A stretch of 64,000 bases of DNA from Longimicrobiales bacterium (GTDB lineage Bacteria; Gemmatimonadota; Gemmatimonadetes; Longimicrobiales; Gaopeijiaceae), in the NCBI GenBank assembly GCA_963422615.1, contig OY730414.1, positions 1,410,302-1,474,301 on the forward strand, in the 5' to 3' direction. Both the position numbers and the translations under genes were made by a program. Shown one piece after another: positions 58,983-64,000 of the stretch. Under the pieces are notes generated by a model. The model had not been told where the DNA came from. It saw nothing but the letters and a program-made list of their open reading frames with translations, and searched no databases. The number at the start of each line of letters is the position of its first letter. Position 1 is the first letter of the stretch.

Positions 58983-60587
58983 TCATTCGCCCGGGGACTG
59001 ACGCCCCCAGAGTCCCACGTAGAACCGGAAGCCGGCCTCCAGGGACCGGGTGGCGGGCACGACCCCCCGGATCCCTCCCGCGACTTGGCGGTAGACGGCC
59101 CGGATCTCCAAGGGGCTCCCGAGAACACCTCCCTGGAAGGACCCCGCCCGGTTGAACACCATGCCCAGGGAGAGTTTGCCCGACGACACCAGGCTTCCCC
59201 TGACCAGGACATCCGGATCCGGGAGCGATGAAGCGGCAGGGTCGACTTCTCCGGTTTTCATCGTGAATGCGTCCTGGCCCTTGCGGAAATAGCGGTAGCC
59301 GACAAAGAGGGTCAGGGGATCCGTGAGCCGGTACCAAGGTGACAGTTCGACGAGTTGGTAGTCCCCCGGCTTCCATTCAAGTTGAACCTGAGTGTCCAGG
59401 GGGGCCATGGCGAAGGTGGGGTCGAAGACCCGCCGAACCGCGGTTCCCTTGAATTGGATGCCGTAACGAAAGTCGGCCCAGAGGCCGAGTCGGCCCCGCC
59501 AGTGTCCGTTTGTCCACCCCCGGACCTCCAGGTCGGGCTGGCCGTCCCCGGATCCTGCGTCCATGAAGTTCGCGGGATCGTTCTGAGTCGCCGTCGGGAG
59601 CCGGAGGAGCGCCCCGCCGCCGACAACGATGTGGTAGGAGTCCGCTTCGTCCCCCTTCTTCAGAAAGCGTGCGTTGGCTCGGACTTCCACGTCGCCCAGC
59701 ATCCAGAGGGACTTCCACTTCTCCAAGGGGTGAGACGCGGCGATCCCGAACAAAGAATCGGTGACCAGGCGTTGCAGGTCCTCAAGGTCAAGAAGGGCAC
59801 CCGACAGGGGAACGGTCGCGGGGGTGCCGAAGATTCCCGCGGCGTGGTAGGCCTCGGAAAGCGCGGTCAGGCGGGCTTGCAGGGCCACGCCCGCGGGGGA
59901 CCACTCCGCCGGGGCCATCCACGTGCCGTACATGGTGGACAGGGCCTGGTGGAAGCTGTGGGAACTCGTCAGCACTTCCGTCGCCTCCCGGCATTCCGAC
60001 GACGTCGGATCGCCGGCGCAGGCGCTATTGCGGAACCCTTGATACGCGGAGATGGAGCCCTGAAGGCCCGACAGGAATTCCGAAACGGCGGCCTCGTTGG
60101 CAAGGCCTGGGCTGAACCCCGCGTTGACGTCGGCGGAGTCTGCGGCAAAGGAGAAGGCGATCTCGGTCTCGTTCCGCACCAGCGGGACCAGGCCGCCCAA
60201 GGTTAGCCAGTCGAAAACCCCTACGTCCACGGAGATGGGGAGACGGACCGAGCTTTTCTCCATCACGGAAGCCATGGAACCGAGGTTCATTGTGTAGGAT
60301 TCCCCGGAGGCGGTACGCACCGCCGCTTCGAAGCGAGCGAGGGCCGGGAAAATGTTGCTGCCAGCAGGACCCGTGAAGGCCGCGCCCAGGTCTTCCAGCT
60401 CGTTGCCGACCGGGCGGGCATCGCCTGGGCGACCGTACCGGGCAGAGAAGATCGAGTAATCGGACCGGATGCCGAGGCGAGCCATCCCCTTGGGCACGAG
60501 GGGGGAATAGGGTTCCTGCGTAGCCGACTGGACGGGGGCGGCCAGGGCTACGAGAAACGAGAAGAATAGGGAGGTGGGGCGGAGCAC
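58983..60587 (-). CDS. exported/outer-membrane hypothetical protein
   Basis: signal-like FFSFLVALAAPVQSA; LGDVEV and LRLPT then amphipathic strands; start uncertain. Confidence 0.65.
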   Translation of the reverse strand: MLRPTSLFFSFLVALAAPVQSATQEPYSPLVPKGMARLGIRSDYSIFSARYGRPGDARPVGNELEDLGAAFTGPAGSNIFPALARFEAAVRTASGESYTMNLGSMASVMEKSSVRLPISVDVGVFDWLTLGGLVPLVRNETEIAFSFAADSADVNAGFSPGLANEAAVSEFLSGLQGSISAYQGFRNSACAGDPTSSECREATEVLTSSHSFHQALSTMYGTWMAPAEWSPAGVALQARLTALSEAYHAAGIFGTPATVPLSGALLDLEDLQRLVTDSLFGIAASHPLEKWKSLWMLGDVEVRANARFLKKGDEADSYHIVVGGGALLRLPTATQNDPANFMDAGSGDGQPDLEVRGWTNGHWRGRLGLWADFRYGIQFKGTAVRRVFDPTFAMAPLDTQVQLEWKPGDYQLVELSPWYRLTDPLTLFVGYRYFRKGQDAFTMKTGEVDPAASSLPDPDVLVRGSLVSSGKLSLGMVFNRAGSFQGGVLGSPLEIRAVYRQVAGGIRGVVPATRSLEAGFRFYVGLWGRQSPGE

Positions 60588-60964
60588 GGCTGAACCGGGT
60601 GACGGCGCGCGGGGCGGAAACGGAGCCGTAAGGGGACGGCTACGAAAACTCAAGGTAACAGCTTCCCGTTCCGGCGTTCGGTCCTGCACTGTAGGTCGGC
60701 CGGGCCCGATTTGCGCCGACCCATGCCCGGGACTCTGGCGTCGCCGACGTCTGAAATGGCCACGGAGGGACGCCCCGCCGCCCCCCGAAGTCCCTTGGCG
60801 GGTCCGAAGGGAAAGCGGGGCCTGCAGCCGGGACCGGGAAAAGGAAGTCACCCAGCCGGGCGATGCCCGGGACTTGGCGGCACGCTTCGTGGCGGAACTT
60901 TGGAGCTCCGGTCGCCCTGCCCCAAGCCCCTTGATCACCTTGAGGGGGCTTGGCCGATCCTTCC

Positions 60965-60994
60965 TTGACATCCTTGCGAGCGTCTCTTTACTCT
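60965..60994 (+). promoter_or_regulatory. candidate sigma70 promoter of tRNA operon
   Basis: TTGACA - 18 nt - TACTCT, about 95 nt before tRNA-Gly. Confidence 0.55.
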
Positions 60995-61087
60995 TCTGGT
61001 CCTTGAAGAAGCCCGGAAGTGCCCTGGATGGGGATGTTGCCGTGTCCTAAAGCAGGCCTCCCATGAGTCCTTTCGGGCAACGAGAAC

Positions 61088-61160
<73 letters not shown>

Positions 61161-61210
61161 CTTGGTAGAATCGGGCGGCGGCGGTTGTCGTGCCGCCCTT
61201 CTTTTGCGCA

Positions 61211-61282
<72 letters not shown>

Positions 61283-61389
61283 CTTGCTTGGGGGGCTTGC
61301 TCAGGCGGGAGTCGCCACAGGCGGAGGGAGTCACCAGGCGCTTCTACAACGATCCGATCATGCGCCTTGATGCGCGATGCGCGGGGACC

Positions 61390-62025
61390 ATGGCCTACAT
61401 TCGCTACGCATCCCCAGCCGAAGGAGGACCCCAGGTGTCGGCGCTTCGTGACCGCTATGGCGGTTCCGATGGGCGCTTGGACAACATCCTGAGGATCCAC
61501 CTCCTGAATCCCCCTTCCCTGGAGCATCACTACCTATTGTACCGGCACCTGATGACGGGGTCTTCGCCTCTGTCCCGGGTTCAGCGGGAAATGATCGCGG
61601 TCGCCGTTTCCGCCGAAAACGACTGCTTCTATTGAATCAACCATCACGGAGCGGGTCTCCGTAGGCTCACCGGGAGTGCCGATTTGGCAGAGGCTCTGGC
61701 CAGGGGACGTCGAGACGGAATCGGCGAAGCGGATGGCGCCATGTTGGACTACGCGGTTAAGCTGACCCGGCATCCCGGCGCCATGACCCGGGAAGACACC
61801 GGGTTGCTCCGGGCGGCGGGCTTTGGCGACCGGGCCATTCTGGATATCTGCCAAGTCGTTTCTTACTACAACTACGTGAACCGGCTGGCCGACGGTCTGG
61901 GCGTGGAGCTGGAAGCCCACTGGACCCTCGCAGACCAAATCCTGACCCGGGAAGATTTCGAGGCGCGGCGGCAGAAGCGGAAGATTCCGTCGCCCCGAGG
62001 GGCCCCTCCTGTTGACGGCGCGTAA
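61390..62025 (+). CDS. AhpD/carboxymuconolactone-decarboxylase-family peroxidase, probable selenoprotein (TGA 61633-61635 = Sec)
   Basis: ORFs 61063-61635 and 61684-62025 share a frame: LSRVQREMIAVAVSAENDCFY-U-INHHG..LDYAVKLT..LRAAGF..YYNYVNRLADGLG. Confidence 0.85.
61636..61662 (+). promoter_or_regulatory. candidate bacterial SECIS element
   Basis: ACGGAG-CGGGT-CTCCGT stem-loop starting 10 nt after the in-frame TGA, G-rich loop. Confidence 0.65.
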
Positions 62026-62046
62026 CGAACGGGAAGGTCCAGCGCC

Positions 62047-63618
62047 GTGATCACGATCGACGGCTACCGCCTGACCTTGGGGCAGATCGAGGCGGTGGCG
62101 TACGATCGCCTCCCGGTTCGGCTGGCCGCCGAAGCCTTGGAGCAGGTTTGCCGCTCCCGGGCGCTGTTGGACCGCCTCTTGGATGAGGGAATCCCGATCT
62201 ATGGCGTGACGACCGGCTTCGGAAGGCTGGCCGACATCGCAATCCCGCGCGAGGAACAGCGGGCCCTTCAGAAAAACTTGGTCCGGAGCCATTCGGCCGG
62301 GTCGGGGTCCCCGCTCCCCGTTGCGGAGGTACGTGCGATTCTGCTCCTTCGGGCCAATACCCTGGCCCGGGGACATTCCGGCTGCCGTCCCGTGGTGATT
62401 GAGCGACTGCTGGACGTCCTCAACCGGGGCATCCACCCCATCGTGCCCGAAATCGGATCCGTCGGCGCCAGCGGCGACTTGGCGCCCCTGGCCCACGTCG
62501 CCCTGGGACTGATCGGGGAGGGCAGGGCCGAGAAGGACGGCAAGGTCGGAGAGGCAGGGGCGTTGCTGGCCGAGGCCGGGATTCCCCCTCTGGACCTTGC
62601 AGAAAAAGAGGGCGTGGCGCTGATCAACGGGACTCAGGCCACAACCGCGATCGGGGCTCTGGTGCTATGCCGGTTCGGCCGGGCCTTGGACACGGTCGAC
62701 GTGGCCGGGGCAGCGAGCCTCGAGGGGCTGAAGGGGACCCCGTCCGCGTTCCGACCCGAGATTCAGGCGGTCCGGCCCCATCCAGGGCAGATCGCCAGCG
62801 CCCGGCGCCTCCGGGCCCTCTTGAAGGGATCCGAGATTCGGGAGTCCCACCGGGAGGGGGACTCGAGAGTGCAAGACGCCTACTCCCTCCGCTGCATGCC
62901 TCAGGTCCACGGGGCCGCCCGGGAAACCCTGGACTATTCCCGCCGAATCCTCACGACGGAAGTCAACTCCACCACCGATAACCCGCTGGTCCTGCCCGAC
63001 GAGGAGATCGTGCTCAGCGGGGGGAACTTTCACGCCCAGATCATTGCCCAGTGCCTGGACTTGGTGGCCATCGCGGCGGCGGACTTGGCTTCCATCTCCG
63101 AACGGCGGATCGACCGGCTTCTCAACCCCGAACTGTCCGGGCTGCCCGGCTTCCTCACCCCTAGGCCCGGGTCCCGCTCGGGCTTCATGATCGCTCAAGT
63201 GACCGCCGCCGACGCCCTGGCCGAAATGCGGATTCTCGCGACCCCGGCCAGCATCGATTCCGTGCCGACCAGCGCTTCTCGGGAAGACCACGTTTCCATG
63301 GGGATGGCGGCGGCAAGGAAGGTCCGAAGAAGCATGGAGTTGCTGGAAACGGTCCTGGCCATCGAGATCCTGTGCGCTGCCCAGGCCATTGATTTCCACC
63401 GGCCCCTCCTCCCCGGCAGAGGGGTGGGACGGGCCCTGGCAATTGTGCGGCGCAACGTCGCCCCCCTGGACGACGACCGGGTGCTGAGCCCCGATATCGC
63501 CGCCGTTTCGGACATGGTGCGGGCAGGCACGTTCGCGGCCATTTTCCAGGAACGCAGCGAACCTCCTCCGGAACGGGCAGATAAGGCGGACGACACCGTG
63601 AGGCGGAGACGTCGATGA
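62047..63618 (+). CDS. hutH: histidine ammonia-lyase
   Basis: [11 protein letters not shown] motif [37 protein letters not shown]. Confidence 0.96.
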   Translation: MITIDGYRLTLGQIEAVAYDRLPVRLAAEALEQVCRSRALLDRLLDEGIPIYGVTTGFGRLADIAIPREEQRALQKNLVRSHSAGSGSPLPVAEVRAILLLRANTLARGHSGCRPVVIERLLDVLNRGIHPIVPEIGSVGASGDLAPLAHVALGLIGEGRAEKDGKVGEAGALLAEAGIPPLDLAEKEGVALINGTQATTAIGALVLCRFGRALDTVDVAGAASLEGLKGTPSAFRPEIQAVRPHPGQIASARRLRALLKGSEIRESHREGDSRVQDAYSLRCMPQVHGAARETLDYSRRILTTEVNSTTDNPLVLPDEEIVLSGGNFHAQIIAQCLDLVAIAAADLASISERRIDRLLNPELSGLPGFLTPRPGSRSGFMIAQVTAADALAEMRILATPASIDSVPTSASREDHVSMGMAAARKVRRSMELLETVLAIEILCAAQAIDFHRPLLPGRGVGRALAIVRRNVAPLDDDRVLSPDIAAVSDMVRAGTFAAIFQERSEPPPERADKADDTVRRRRR

Positions 63619-64000
63619 CGGGGGAGGGCCGGATCGTGCGGGCGCCTCGGGGACGCGCACTCAGGTGCCGAGGCTGGACCCAGGAGGCGGCGCTTCGAAT
63701 GCTCATGAACAACCTGGACCCCGCCGTCGCAGAAAACCCGGAGGCGCTGGTGGTGTACGGCGGCACCGGAAAAGCCGCCAGGAACTGGGCCGCATTCGAC
63801 GCCATCATCGCTGCCCTGAAAGTTCTGGAGGACGACGAGACCCTCTTGGTCCAATCCGGAAAGCCCGTTGCGGTGTTCAGAACCCGGCGAAGCGCGCCTC
63901 GCGTCCTCATCGCCAACGGGAACTTGGTGGGCCGCTGGGCCACATGGGAGCACTTCCACGAGTTGGAACGGGCGGGGTTGACGATGTACGGCCAGATGAC
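63615..64000 (+). CDS. hutU: urocanate hydratase, 5' part (runs off window)
   Basis: [41 protein letters not shown] overlap with hutH; absent from ORF track. Confidence 0.95.
   Translation, partial: MTGEGRIVRAPRGRALRCRGWTQEAALRMLMNNLDPAVAENPEALVVYGGTGKAARNWAAFDAIIAALKVLEDDETLLVQSGKPVAVFRTRRSAPRVLIANGNLVGRWATWEHFHELERAGLTMYGQM

Noticed and set aside
61633..61635. AhpD gene as pseudogene or two small genes
   Set aside because: Stop is a TGA at the redox Cys position, frame is preserved and a SECIS-like hairpin follows; recoding is more parsimonious though unproven.

Overview
GC-rich bacterial chromosomal window. The gene content (SusC/SusD-like pair, carboxypeptidase-regulatory/plug proteins, 6-bladed propeller lipoprotein, bshA, rny, CIRCE-controlled groESL) is most consistent with Gemmatimonadota; this is an inference, not a database result. 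1-26.6 kb is an accessory region of uptake and exported proteins: polyamine-type ABC transporter, SusCD-like pair, second TonB-dependent receptor, two barrel-less plug proteins, divergent creatininase, endostatin/lectin-like protein, two PAL-like NHL propellers, HupE/UreJ protein, M20 amidohydrolase and serine hydrolase. 26.8-64 kb is mostly housekeeping (secDF-tatD-mutL-miaA-bshA-uppP-birA-coaX, groESL, thrS-infC-rpmI-rplT-pheST-zapB/zapA, rny-folD-xseAB-ispA-nadK, tRNA-Gly/tRNA-Cys, hutH-hutU), interrupted by an ECF sigma/cyanophycinase/Cys-rich peptide/propeller block and a soxCD-like pair. Best hidden signal: an AhpD/CMD-family gene (61390-62025) split by the ORF track but reading as one frame through a CxxU TGA followed by a SECIS-like hairpin, i.e. 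a probable selenoprotein. Also notable: secreted Cys-rich peptide plus propeller lipoprotein with twin hairpins, non-canonical ATC start of infC with an L20-leader-like RNA, a structured candidate ncRNA before rny, and several phased intergenic direct repeats. No CRISPR array, transposase, integrase or rRNA seen.
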